A DNA stretch of 64,000 nucleotides, from the NCBI RefSeq assembly GCF_037042905.1, contig NC_087245.1:24306001-24370000 (forward strand), in the 5' to 3' direction. Positions 12,482 to 24,395 of this stretch are shown piece after piece. Both the position numbers and the translations under genes were made by a program. Below the pieces are notes generated by a model, which saw nothing but the letters and a program-made list of their open reading frames with translations, was not told the DNA's origin and did no database searches. This DNA is from Lytechinus pictus. Lineage: Eukaryota. How positions within the stretch are numbered: position 1 is the stretch's first letter; each line of letters opens with the position of its first letter.

Positions 12482-14113
12482 ATCCAAGAAGAAAGAAAAC
12501 GGTAAGACCAGTACTAGTATTCTTCTTTTACTGGTTTCAAGTATACTTTTAATGGGCCAGTTGATTTCTAACTGGACCATTAAAAACATTATACATGAAC
12601 TGGAAACCAGTTCCTCACCGGGGCATACCAGCTCAAGAAAAGAAGTAATACCAGCTAAATTGTTTTCATTAACTGGTGTATACTGGATCCGTATGAACAG
12701 TATTTCCTCTTTTTTGGGGGGATACTGGTTTCAAATATATTTGTACTGGGCCAGTTGATTTTTAACTGGACCAGTAAAAATCAACTGGAAACCAATTCCA
12801 TCAAATTGATACCAGTTCAAGAAAAGTAGTAATGCCAGCTATATTGTTTTCATCAAACTGGTGTATACTGAATCAGTATGAATACTATTTATTTTTTATC
12901 GTTTCCAGTACATTTTTACTGGGCTAGTTGATGTTTAACTGGACCAGTCAAAATCAACTGAAACCAATTCCATCAAGTCAAGAAAGATATTAATACCAGC
13001 TAACTTGAAATTGTTTTCATCAAACTGGTGTATACTGGATCAGTATGAACAGCATTTTTTAATGGTTTCCGGTGCATTTTTACTAGGCCAGTTGATTTTT
13101 AATTTGACACTGGTGTCTGCTGGACCAGTTTGGTCAGTATTTTTTTGTATTGGTTTCCAATATCTTTTACTGGGACAGTTGATTTTGAACTGGACCAATA
13201 TAAATCGAGTGAAGACCAGTTCTATCAGATGTATTATTATTATTATGATTATTATAAATACTATCATTAATATTTTGATAATTATTTTCATTGTAAATAT
13301 TGTTATTATTAAGAGATAAAACAAGATATATCCCCCGATAAGTAAACTGGTCTAATTCCAATTTTTGTTTGAAATAAAATCTAGTCATGGCTAGTAATTT
13401 TGATGCTGCTGATCACGTGGTTTAGGCCTACCTCATTTGCATATTTACATTTTTAAACAAAAAAAAATCAAGAATAAAATATCCATGCAATGGCACTCAA
13501 TGTTAAAAAACATAAATATGTGAACTAATTTACGATGAAAATGTGTAATTTTGCAATACATATTTCAAATAAAAGCAGAAAGATTATTGACCATATCTTT
13601 CCCACAACATTTCATCGATCATGATATGAAACAAATGCGTATAATAAATTGATACAGAGCACCAATCAGACCAGTAGAAAATACCAGAAACACCAGTAAG
13701 ACCAGTTGAGTTTGATAACAGTTTACAACATCAGTAAGATCACCGAGACCAGTAACAAACTCCAGTAATCAAGACCAGTTTAAAATTCCAGTTAAAAATT
13801 AACTGGAAACCGGTAATTAAACACTAGTTTAACTGAACCAGTATAATTTTAATTGGACCAGGGGCCCATTGCATAAAACTTTTAACCTGAGAAAACTCAG
13901 GTTGTTTTTACCGGAATATTTGCCCTGTGTTAAAGTCAATGGCAGAAATCAGACCAACCTTAGTTTTGAGTTTTTACCAGAGTTTTCTCAGGTAAAAGGT
14001 TTTATGCAACAGACCCCAGTATGACCAGTAAACCAATGTTCCTATATCCAGAGTATACCATTGAAACTCTACTGGTCAAACAGGTCCGGTTAAACTGGTT
14101 CTTCCTTCTGGGA
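12482..14113. mobile_element. Non-autonomous DNA transposon with ACTGG/CCAGT-rich subterminal repeats; small MITE nested at about 13861-14018
   Basis: Ends ATCC(A/C)AGAAG.. are inverted relative to each other; left half rich in AACTGG and right half in CCAGT. Confidence 0.5.
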
Positions 14114-15834
14114 TGTCGTTTTTTTTTTTTTTTTTTTTTTTTTCCCTTTCTTCTCTTTCCATTTCTGTCTGCCTTTCTCTCTCTTTCTTTTTCACTTTCT
14201 ATCTACTTTGTCAAGCCTTGTTTTCGTTTTATCTACATCATGCCATCTTCTGGTTTCATTTAGTTTCGTGTTGTGTTGACTTATTTCTCATATCTTTCTT
14301 GGCTCACTTTGTCTTCGGTGATGCGTTTGTAAAAAGTTATGTGATTGAACAGATATATATTTCATATCGTAAACGTAGAACGAGATATGATTGTTGTGTG
14401 TGAGGACAGTCAGGGCTTGTGTGCGCGTGTATTAATAAAAACAAAATAATGCATATAATGTCAGTACCCATCAGTAAATTGTATGCGAAGAAAATAAGAA
14501 AATTTTACTTAAAACTGACAAATTTATAAATACTTGAAAAATTAAGGCAATTTTTTGCCTTAATTTTATTGAGTAATTTCAATTTTTTTTACAGTTTAGT
14601 GTTCATTCAACCTGGCTATTTAACTAACAGTTGTTGTTTTTTGCGAATTAAATGAACATTAAAAACACTGTGTTTAAAGCAATAAATAATATAGATTTAA
14701 AAAAGGCTCTTAATTCAGATTTGTATAATTTTTTTAAATCTAAACAATGCCTGATCGGGTGATGTAATAATAACGGTGATTTTATGAAAAGAACATAACT
14801 TTCCTTTCCATTGCTGATAAAAAAATAAGACTCAAAAGCAGAGGGCATTGGGAATTTTCAAGACGTTCTTCTGTATATATTTTCGCTTCATTTAACAAGT
14901 TAGATATACATTATTTGATCCAGGATAGGACCAATAGAAATGGACCTAACGTTGTTTTCAGATACGTATATGTTTTGAAATTAATTCTTGCCACTTCAAG
15001 GGTGCCGGCATCTAAATGATTATAGGCATTGTTGTAAATTTGCTAAATGACATACATGTAAATGCTCTTGATGTGCAAAAGTGGACTATTGCACCCCGCC
15101 GTAGGCCACTGCGGGATCTATGCAGTAGGGGATGGGGCGAAGCCCCCCCCCCCCCCAATACCAAAATGGCAAAATATCGACCTTCTCACGGAAAATCACT
15201 ATAAAAATTGAGGAGAGTGGAGTGCAAGGGGGGGTGTTTTGGAAATTGTCGAGGAGAAAGACAGCGACACATCCAACCTCCATGGTCGATAATTGTTTTG
15301 TTTTGTTTTTGTCAACGATATCCAACGTTTTGTGACAAAGTAACACCAATCCCCTTCCCCCTCTCAAGACCCACAGATTGCAATGTTATTCGCTATATAA
15401 CAAGCGAAAGGGGGAATGGATGGACCCCAATGGACACATTGGATTAATAGCTCAACAAAGTTACCACCAAGTTACACTGGCTTGCATGGACGGGAACCCC
15501 CCCCCCCCCCCTGTCCCCCCTACCCAAAATGGTTGTGGGCACAAGATAAAAATGTCCCCCTACTATTTTTGGTCCTTTATGATGGAAAGAAATACATCAT
15601 TTAAAATCAAAATAAAACATGTATTTTGGGTGAGATGACCTTACTTTTTGAGTGATAACCCCCCCCCCCCTTTTTTTTTTTTTGCTTGTCAAATTTTCCT
15701 GCCCCTGGTCCCCCTACCTTTGGGGAGAGATTTCCGCCCTTGCTGGCTTGTAAAAATGATTCTACACACCTGTGTAACATTATGACAGAACATTGACAAA
15801 CAAAGTTAAACGTTAGAACAGTCAAATCACTTAC

Positions 15835-15907
15835 CTCTTGAAAAGGCACATACTAACAGTAATGAGCTGAAATAGTTTAACCAAGATGCTTTGCTAATTT
15901 CTGCCAT
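15835..15907 (-). CDS. Exon 1b: alternative signal peptide MAEISKASWLNYFSSLLLVCAFSR
   Basis: ATG plus 73 nt ending G|gtaagt, phase 1, compatible with the IgV exon acceptor at 9575. Confidence 0.55.
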
Positions 15908-16113
15908 ATCAAGTGCTATATTTTGATGAAATTAACTAACGTATCAATCAATCGATCAATCAATATAACGTTAGTATTTTCCTGCTCCATAGAATGTGTG
16001 TTGAAAATCTATTTGAGTTAAATGACGTGTAGTATTGGCCCGGAGTATCGGATATGATTTGCGCACACAATATCATTATCCGTTATGTGCTGATCGAAGG
16101 TCAAAGGCAACCT

Positions 16114-16123
16114 GGGATTTCCC
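16114..16123. promoter_or_regulatory. NF-kB-type site GGGATTTCCC upstream of exon 1b
   Basis: Canonical kB decamer; second kB-like GGGGAATTTAC at 16158-16168. Confidence 0.5.
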
Positions 16124-16697
16124 GCTCTTCATCATGAAGCACATATCACAATAGCGAGGGGAATTTACGTGATTAACCCAACCATTCGTGTCGCCTTACT
16201 TTGTAATTTTGATGTTGAAAAGTTCAACAAGAAATCTTGTATTCAGGCAATCAATAAAGGGTATTCAGTGAGATGGGTAGTTCGATCACAAAATTTAGAA
16301 TAAATGTGACTTTATATATAAAGAGAACATTTGTTCTTTCTCTTCCATCGTCCATGCTGCGTTCAATAACATGACTCATACGTATTCTATGCTGCAAGAG
16401 ACCATTGGGATTCCCAATGTGATGTTTTTCTATCTAAACTTTCACTTCATCTTACAAATAAGGAATCTATATATGAAGAGCTCACTTGCAAAAAGGGTTA
16501 GGTCCATTTTTCATCAAATTTGATTTTTATGTCTCAATGTATGGATCTTAAGTAGCTCTATAAGATGATACCAAAGAAAAGTTGAAATTCCTGTTAAAAA
16601 GTGAACTAAAATGGCAAAGAAAAGTCACTTTTTTCCAAAAGGGGTTAGGTCCATTTCAGTTTAGTTGCAAAAGGGGTTAGGTCCACACGGTGTGAGT

Positions 16698-16725
16698 GAA
16701 AGTGAAAGGCAATGTGGGATTTCCC
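16698..16725. promoter_or_regulatory. IRF/ISRE-like GAAAGTGAAA next to kB site GGGATTTCCC
   Basis: Direct motif match in a duplicated promoter block. Confidence 0.4.
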
Positions 16726-16757
16726 GCTCTTCATATGAAGCAAATGACATTCGGGGA

Positions 16758-16952
16758 GGCGCGATAGCTCAGTCGGTAGAGCGGGGGTTTCGGATTCCGG
16801 TGACCCGGGTTCGATTCCCAAGTGGCGAGCTAGTGCCCTTTGATAAGGCATTTATCCTCATTATCAGGTCCCTCGGAGAGGACCTTAAGCCGTTGGTCCC
16901 CTGGTTGCTTGCTCACAGGCATTCGTGCTTTCTTAGCAGTCAGGTAAAAAAA
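16758..16952 (+). mobile_element. tRNA-derived SINE
   Basis: A box TAGCTCAGTCGG, B box GGTTCGATTCC, no proper acceptor stem, body ending in an A tail; the 3' part recurs at about 52167-52235. Confidence 0.8.
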
Positions 16953-17652
16953 CCTTGGTTTAAAATAATAGCGAGGGGAACCTATATGGTACTATAAAAA
17001 GCCCCCCCACACACACAAACATCCGTCCACACCCTCACACACACTCAACCACACACTCACCCTCCCATATGATCGTGCACGCACACACACCATCCCCCTC
17101 TCCCTTTCTTTCTCTCTCTCTCTCTCTCTCCCCCTCTATTATATATCATGTGAAATCCAGGAAGTCGTGAAATATTATCTTATATTTATCCCACAATAAG
17201 ATTCTAAATATTACCATAGTTTTCATTTTGTCTGAATATTTGAATACACTCTCACTCGCAATATTATTTCCCATTTACTCGAAGCATTACTTTTGGATAA
17301 ATGAACTTTCTTTGCTGTTGCAGAGTTTTGTTATCAATCATTCAATTGTGGCGGCAATTTCCGGTATGAGAAAAAATATCCTTGACATGCCACATGTTAA
17401 TGAAATTTATCTCATAAAAATATCTCTAATCATGTTACCATAATATCCATAAAACTCATTTATTTACATATATTATAAATTGTGTACAGTGTAATTCTTT
17501 ATGTACAGTATATGGGTCAGTATACATGGTATATGTGGTAAAGGAGGGTATGACTATACATGCACAGATGTGTGTATTGCATTCACACTAAAATGACAGA
17601 TGCATGAAGCAACCAGACCATCCACTCTACACCATGACGTTGGTCATTAAGC

Positions 17653-18340
17653 TACATCATGCAGGAAACTGTAAGATCGATTTCACTTAGTTTCAATGCT
17701 TATAACCTTATAAAGATTAATGGTGAATGGGGTCAGACTAGGTTAAGGACCCCCCCCCCCCCCAAAAAAAAAAAAAAAAAAGAGAGAGAGAGAGAGAAAG
17801 AGAGAGAATTAAGTAAATTGATAACTAACAAATGATAAATAATAATAAAGATATGGACCATTTACTGTAATGTATGTCTTGATATTATATAATTACCAGG
17901 GATGTAGCCGAGCTACCAAATAGGCGCTAAAGCAAATAGAGGAATAACTTCCTATAGATACACACTGGTACACACTGATACACACACACATGTACACCCT
18001 ATTACACACACATTGATACACACTGATACACATTGGTACATCATGCAGGAAACTGTAAAAGTTTTGATGCTTATAACCTTATAACTAAGATTAATGGGGA
18101 ATGGGGTCAGGCTAGGTTAATGACCCCCCAAAGAAAAGGGAGAGAGAGAGAGAGAATTAAGTAAATTGATAAATAAAAAAAATAATAATAATAGAAGAAA
18201 AACAAACATTTACTCTATATAGCACAGTTACTATATTAATGTATTCTTAACACTTGATATCATATTACCAGGGATGTAGCCGAGCTACCGACTAGGCGCT
18301 AAAGCAATTCGAGGAATAACTTCCTATAGATAGACACTGG
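17653..18340 (+). repeat. Local tandem duplication of about 390 bp
   Basis: TACATCATGCAGGAAACTGTAA...CCTATAGATA(C/G)ACACTGGTA occurs at about 17653-17970 and 18038-18342. Confidence 0.8.
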
Positions 18341-19222
18341 TAATGGTGATTGCCGAATGTCTGTTTATTGTCACAAAACACAAAACAAACGTTTAAAATT
18401 CAACTGTTCAATACACTCGGAAAAATAATTGAATAATATAATAGTATTATTGTTCAAGTATTTACATTCACGATGCAATATTTAGGTGTATATACATACA
18501 GTATAATTTTTTTTGGTAAAATATTATAATTAAATAGAGCATTATTAAAAATACATTCATATAAAAGCAAGTTATACAACTCATTGATTCGATTGTTTAC
18601 GACCGTTATGATATACTGTGTACATTTCCCTTTCTCTGTTGATCATGTAACACATCACCCAATTAATACGCTATTTTAACAAACACCTCGAACGACATTT
18701 TAATGAAGGCTTAACGGGCAGGTTTGCAAGGAGTTGATTGTAATGTAGAAAAAGTAGACAAAAGTAATATTGGTGAAGTTTGAACAAAAAATATATAAGA
18801 ATTGTAAAGGTACGAAGTTTTACTTAGTGACGTCCTAAGCCAGCAGTTCGGTTCCCTATAGTCATGTGAAATAAAGCATCTATTTTTGTTAATATTTCAA
18901 TATTTCATAGTGATTGAAATATTTTTCTCATTACACCGTGTACGAATAATGATGCATTTGATGCTAGAGTGAATCCACGGGGTAAGCTATTTTATAATTG
19001 CATTTTGTGGTATGTGTAGGCCTATCACATGACATGTAAGGGAGCTGCTTATACATGTATGTGACGTCACAAAACTTAAACTTCAAATATTCCAAACTCG
19101 CTTATGCTTTCACGGATATGCACAACCCTAGTTGGTACGTTTCCTTTGTTTCCCTCCTTTTAACAAAATCAACTAAACCCAGCGTCAACTTCCCCTTTAA
19201 ACATGCAATATAAGTATTACAA

Positions 19223-19629
19223 AATACCTCTTAACGCGCGAAGCGAGTTAATGAGAGGTTATCTCAGGTCAGACTAGCTGGACAACAACATAGCCCGCCA
19301 GCGGTACGTAACAGGTGTTTTACAAGGAAGGAGCCTGGTCAGGCGAATTCCTTTGCCCTGGCGGAGATATGTTGCGATGCCAAATATGGTATTTTGTCGG
19401 ACTTCACGAGGAGGCGTGGCCAAAAAATGTTGCGTTGCGAATTTTGGTATTTTTCGGACATTACAAGGAGGCGTGGCTAAAAATGCTACGTCGCGTTAGC
19501 TGACGTGGTAATTTCGGGAGGGGGCAAAAGCCAATTTCTAACAAGTTAGCATTCTTCTTCGTGGAGTCGATTTGAAAGCATCTTCCATCTCAATTCACCT
19601 GTCTTGTGCAACATACTTCCTGTATTTTT
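19223..19629 (+). repeat. Split direct repeat A1 (407 bp), copy of A2 at 25007-25413
   Basis: Same sequence at offset 5784; identical 62-aa ORFs at 19315 and 25099. Confidence 0.95.
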
Positions 19630-19847
19630 GTTATTCGTTCGTTGAACTCTTTAGTTGTGATCCTTCTAATTGTCTTTCTTACCCATTCATATATCTTAAA
19701 GAACGCTTCGCAGTTGAGAATTTATTCTTTTATCTAGGAACATACCTGTATATTTGTGTTATATCCGTTTGTTGGACTTTTGAGCTGTTAGGAGTCACAG
19801 TTTGCTCTAAGGACTTTTCAATTTCGCCACCCCTGCATTATTCAATC

Positions 19848-20957
19848 ATGCCCAAGGTTAAGCCAGGCAAAAAGTTAAGTCAGAGGAAGTCTACTCGTCG
19901 TTCGGTCCGAGATGCCGCCAGCCAGCCTTCTCCTGTCGACCTCGAGACAGACGTCGGCCAAGTTTTTACTTCTACGCAGAGTCCAGCTGCTGGAAGTTCG
20001 GCGTCGACAACCAACGGTGAGTTCGGGACAATGGGGGGCTCCTGGCCTCTTGTGACTTCTCCACAAGATCCGGTCATTCCCCAAATTCAATCCCAAGCTT
20101 CTCCTTCTATCCCTCCTGCCCATGTAGTTGAGGGGCTTAATAGTCATGATAATTTTACACCAGCCCCCAACCCTCCTTTTCCTACGCTGTCTGCGCAGCC
20201 AGATATGCTTAGCTGTGTGTGTGATGATTTGGGCGGGGAGGTGCCTTCCAGTGTTAAGGAGAAGATTTGGAAAGGTGAATTTGTAGAGTTAGGTGGATTA
20301 CTAAAAAGGGAAAGCTTAAGTGAGGAAAGTTCCCAGTTGCAGGCCTTCAGCCTTTGTGCCACCGGGTCCGCTTTAATGCTTCGCCCCCAAAGCAAGGCTC
20401 CGGTGATCGCCAGCATAGAACAGTGGACATCTGCGTTCATTATTTACGCGTCTATATACTTGGAGCGACACTGTATGCGTGCGCGCGAGCTCCTCAAGTA
20501 TATGGATATCGTTCGCTCTATTGTGCGTTTTGGGGGTTTCAATTGGCGGGCCTATGACATTCAATTTCGGTTACGTCAGGCCCGTCATCCACATCGTTCC
20601 TGGGCTGTCATAGACACCGAGCTATGGCTGACAGTAGCTTCGACGCCCGGTCGAGCAGCGTTTTCGTCTTTTGGGGGTAACCAGCCCTTTCGGCCATACG
20701 ACCGGTCGTTTCGGCGGGGTAGTTTCCCATCCTCAGGATATGCCAACAGACAAGGGGCAATTCGGGCCCCTGGCGCCGCGCCTGCCCCCTTCCGCTCCTC
20801 ACCAGTCTGTTTCGCCTTTAACGCTGGGTCATGCCAACGCACCGCCTGTCGTTATGCTCACCGGTGCGGAAAATGCTCCTCAGCAGCGCATGGCTCACAC
20901 ACCTGCAACTCTGCCGCTGCAATCGCCAAACAGAAGCCTAGCTCCAACTCCAATTAA
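19848..20957 (+). CDS. gag: Gag-like protein of Ngaro element
   Basis: First ATG at 19848 in ORF 19572-20957; KEKIWKGEFVEL, W..AF.IY, WRAYDIQFR and C-terminal Cys/His knuckle CFAFNAGSCQRTACRYAHRCGKC...HGSHTC. Confidence 0.85.
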   Translation: MPKVKPGKKLSQRKSTRRSVRDAASQPSPVDLETDVGQVFTSTQSPAAGSSASTTNGEFGTMGGSWPLVTSPQDPVIPQIQSQASPSIPPAHVVEGLNSHDNFTPAPNPPFPTLSAQPDMLSCVCDDLGGEVPSSVKEKIWKGEFVELGGLLKRESLSEESSQLQAFSLCATGSALMLRPQSKAPVIASIEQWTSAFIIYASIYLERHCMRARELLKYMDIVRSIVRFGGFNWRAYDIQFRLRQARHPHRSWAVIDTELWLTVASTPGRAAFSSFGGNQPFRPYDRSFRRGSFPSSGYANRQGAIRAPGAAPAPFRSSPVCFAFNAGSCQRTACRYAHRCGKCSSAAHGSHTCNSAAAIAKQKPSSNSN

Positions 20958-22521
20958 ACTTGGCAGCATGCTCCCATTTCTTAGACGGCACCATAATCAA
21001 CATAATGCAGCTTTTCTGATTTCTGGTTTTAGGTTGGGTTTTTCATTGGGTTTCACAGGCGAGCGTCGCTCTGTGTTCTCGCGTAATTTGAAATCTGCTA
21101 GGGAGCATAGGGACATGCTGTTGGAGAAAGTTGGTAAGGAAGTTAGTTTAGGGAGAATGTCAGGTCCTTTCCAAGACCCGCCTTTCGATAACTTTCGCTG
21201 CTCCCCGGTAGGGCTCGTCCCCAAGCGAAATCCGGGAGAATTCCGTCTAATTCAGCATCTATCTTCTCCTCGGGGGGCTTCGGTTAATGACCACATTGAT
21301 TCCGATTTATGTTCCGTGAATTACACTTCATTTGACAAGGCGGTTGATCTCGTTGCTCGCTTGGGAGCTAGTGCTCTCATGGGAAAAACCGATATAAAAT
21401 CCGCTTTTCGCTTACTACCAGTGAATCCCTCCGATTTTGACCTTCTGGGGTTTTGCATTGATGGCGCGTATTACTTTGATAAATGCTTGCCAATGGGCTG
21501 CTCAATTTCATGTGCCCATTTTGAGCGTTTTAGCACTTTTCTTGAGTCATGTTGCCGTGAAATTGCGAATTCAGAGCAAATTTTGCATTATTTGGATGAT
21601 TTCTTTTTTGTTGGCGCAACACGGCAGGAATGTCGTTCCTTGATGTATCATTTTAAGGCGATGTGCGAGGTTTTTGGCGTCCCGATAGCGGAGGAGAAGA
21701 CTGAGGGGCCCGTTCCCACTATCATATTTTTAGGGCTTGAAATCGACGCGGCTGAGCAGAGAGTTCGGGTACCCAAGGAGAAAGTAAACGTGTTACAGGC
21801 AATGCTCATTGATTTTGTTAAGAAAGATAAGCTCTCGTTGCGGCAGTTGCAGTCGCTAATTGGCAGCCTTAATTTCGTGTGTAAAGCCGTGGCTCCCGGA
21901 AGAGCCTTCCTAAGGAGACTTATCGATCTTACTAAAGGGGTCCGCACCTCAAACCACCGGATAAGGCTTTCACGCGGCGCAAAAGAGGACATGCAGGCCT
22001 GGCTTACGTTTCTGTCCGATTTCAATGGCACAGTTATGTTTTCACACTCAACATGGGTAACTAATGCTCATTTTCAATTCTTTACTGACGCTGCGGGTAG
22101 CATTGGCTTTGGTATATCCTTCCAGGATAAGTGGGCTCAAGGGAAATGGCCAGCTGAAATACTGGAGAAGAATTATTCCATCGCTTTTCTAGAGCTTTTC
22201 CCAATAGTAGTCGGTATACGTATGTGGGGGGCTCTTCTAGCTAATTCTAAGGTCTTATTTTGGTCAGATAATCAAACAGTTGTTCATGTTGTTAATTCCT
22301 TAACTTCGAAATGTCCTAGTGTAATGAAACTGGTTCGTTTGCTTGTAGTTCTTTGTTTGGAACATAATATTATGTTCAAAGCACGTTACGTGCCAGGCTC
22401 TCGCAATGAAAAGGCTGATGCCCTCTCTCGTTTTCAGATGGACAGGTTTCGCAGGTTAGCACCAGGCGCAGATCTGGCTGGCAGCAAGCTTCCCGCCCAT
22501 CTTTGGAGCAGCTTCATATAG
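20671..22521 (+). CDS. pol: Reverse transcriptase-RNase H of Ngaro element
   Basis: KTDIKSAFR, LPMG, YLDD, FLG motifs; RNase H FTDAA..LELF..WSDN..ADALSR; overlaps gag; first ATG at 20968. Confidence 0.95.
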   Translation: MGVTSPFGHTTGRFGGVVSHPQDMPTDKGQFGPLAPRLPPSAPHQSVSPLTLGHANAPPVVMLTGAENAPQQRMAHTPATLPLQSPNRSLAPTPIKLGSMLPFLRRHHNQHNAAFLISGFRLGFSLGFTGERRSVFSRNLKSAREHRDMLLEKVGKEVSLGRMSGPFQDPPFDNFRCSPVGLVPKRNPGEFRLIQHLSSPRGASVNDHIDSDLCSVNYTSFDKAVDLVARLGASALMGKTDIKSAFRLLPVNPSDFDLLGFCIDGAYYFDKCLPMGCSISCAHFERFSTFLESCCREIANSEQILHYLDDFFFVGATRQECRSLMYHFKAMCEVFGVPIAEEKTEGPVPTIIFLGLEIDAAEQRVRVPKEKVNVLQAMLIDFVKKDKLSLRQLQSLIGSLNFVCKAVAPGRAFLRRLIDLTKGVRTSNHRIRLSRGAKEDMQAWLTFLSDFNGTVMFSHSTWVTNAHFQFFTDAAGSIGFGISFQDKWAQGKWPAEILEKNYSIAFLELFPIVVGIRMWGALLANSKVLFWSDNQTVVHVVNSLTSKCPSVMKLVRLLVVLCLEHNIMFKARYVPGSRNEKADALSRFQMDRFRRLAPGADLAGSKLPAHLWSSFI

Positions 22522-23429
22522 AGAGAGAGCATCTGTTGTTTTCTTCGCGGGCGCCCGGCACTCATCATACTTATAGGAACGCTTGGTCTGTGTTTAAGCA
22601 GTTTCGGCTGCAATATCATTATGATATAAGTATACGTCCTGACGTTGAGCAGGTCGCTCAATTTATTGCTTATCTCTCCTGGAATGGGTATGCGGGGGCA
22701 ACAATAAGTACATATATATCAGGCCTGGCTTTTACGATGCAAACATTGGGTTGGCCTGATGTGACTGACGCGTTTGTAATCCGGCGGCTGGTAGACGGGT
22801 GCAGGCGGAAAAATGCTCGCCGTGATACCCGGTGTCCCATAACCCTGCCTATTCTCAAATCCATCCTAAATTCATTGACTCACGTATGCGTTAATACGTA
22901 TGATCTGGCATTGTTTCGGGCTGCCTTTCTAATCGCTTTCTTTGGTTTTCTTCGAGTAGGGGAGTTCACGTCTCGATCTAGACATGAACCCGTTCCTTTA
23001 TCAGAAAAAGATGTTATTATTCAAGGGATGGGTAATCAAGCAAAATTGCGCATTGTGATTGCGAGGTCTAAAACAGATCAAACTGGACGTGGATGCTCGA
23101 TTTTAATTCCACAGAATGTTGTTTCGTATTTATGCCCACTTCGCGCTGTAAATGATTACCTCGCTCTGCGGAGCTCGGTCGGCTCTGCCTTTTTCCGTCA
23201 CTTTGACTCGTCACCCCTAACGAGGCACCAATTTGGCCAAGTTTTAAAGCGTGCCATTAGTTTTTGCGGGCTACCCGTTGCTCATTTCTCTTCCCATTCT
23301 TTCCGTATTGGGGCGGCAACTTCTGCAGCCATGGCAGGTGTTCCCGATGTTTGCATTCAAAATATGGGGCGCTGGGCTTCCAACACACACAGATTGTATA
23401 TTCGACAACCTCTCCCCCCCTTAATTTAA
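22503..23429 (+). CDS. Tyrosine recombinase (phage-integrase family) of Ngaro element
   Basis: Catalytic set GFLRVGE (R), SKTDQ (K), HSFRIG (HxxR), GRW (W), LYIR (Y). Confidence 0.95.
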   Translation: MEQLHIEREHLLFSSRAPGTHHTYRNAWSVFKQFRLQYHYDISIRPDVEQVAQFIAYLSWNGYAGATISTYISGLAFTMQTLGWPDVTDAFVIRRLVDGCRRKNARRDTRCPITLPILKSILNSLTHVCVNTYDLALFRAAFLIAFFGFLRVGEFTSRSRHEPVPLSEKDVIIQGMGNQAKLRIVIARSKTDQTGRGCSILIPQNVVSYLCPLRAVNDYLALRSSVGSAFFRHFDSSPLTRHQFGQVLKRAISFCGLPVAHFSSHSFRIGAATSAAMAGVPDVCIQNMGRWASNTHRLYIRQPLPPLI

Positions 23430-24395
23430 GCAATTTTGCCAGTATGTTTATCACCCTTCTATGTTTAATACCAGTTTGTGCACAATTTAATATCGACCTA
23501 ATGTTTATTTGTTTTTGTTTTTTGACAACCCCTAACGAGCAGTAAATATTAACCTTACTCTCTCTCTCTCTCGCTTGTTGCCATGGTGACGCAATGGTTA
23601 TCTTACCCGTTAATAGTTCCACGGGCGCAGGCAGAATTGCTCGCCCACTGTTAGTAGATTGTGGTCTTTGCTACACTTATCGTGTTTATGGTAACTATGT
23701 ACCCCCCCCCCTTTTTAGAATGTACAATTGGTGCCGCTGTTTCTTTCCTTTTCTCTCTTCCATGTGCAGTTATTTGGAGTCTCAACGTGGGTTGTGTCAG
23801 CATTCCACGGAATCGTAAGAGAGGAAGGGGACAATTCACGTTTCGCTGACGCGGGCAGTCCCGCTCTAGTTGGGGGCGGGCCCTCACTACTCGGCACGTG
23901 GCCGGGTCCTAAAACTCAATACATCCGCGAACAGGAGAACACTTGATTTCTTTGTCGCGGAGCGAAATCACTAGATTAACAGCTGTTTTACCTCCGTCGA
24001 GGACTCGCTGGCTCGGACGTCGCGAACAGTTGGAACTTTTTTATGAGCAGATGTTATGACCTGAATACCTTATCCAGAACTCACACGTGGTATCATCAGA
24101 TCTCACGTCTTTACTACAAACTTCACTATTTACTGACTAAGCCCCGCCCCCCCCCCGCCTCTCCTTTATCTTAGTGCACTAGACTCTTCGCAAGTGGACT
24201 GAATGAGCATGAATCCTCCTAGATGGTTTAATTGTGCGTCCCTGTTCGTTTAATGCACCCCCCCCCCCTTTTCCCCGCTTCTTAGCGTGGACCTTGTAAA
24301 TACAGCATGGTTTGAACTATTGGCATCATATTGTGTTGTGGCGGCGGGCTGACGATGAGTCATCCCGTTTGGCGGCATTCCATTTTTTGCCACAA

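Noticed and set aside
16758..16832. Possible tRNA gene
   Set aside because: The acceptor stem does not pair, the sequence continues into a SINE body with an A tail, and that body recurs at about 52167
19572..19847. N-terminal 92 aa of the listed 461-aa ORF
   Set aside because: Starts at TTG within repeat A and reads like AT-rich UTR; ATG 19848 is the more plausible gag start
24050..24225. Hammerhead cores inside the Ngaro 3' region (CTGATGA on minus at about 24093; CTGAATGA at about 24199)
   Set aside because: No correctly placed GAAA and stem III or cleavage triplet
23430..24395. Fourth Ngaro ORF (SGNH hydrolase or methyltransferase)
   Set aside because: Only short ORFs without GDS/GxND/DxxH or methyltransferase motifs in the frames I read
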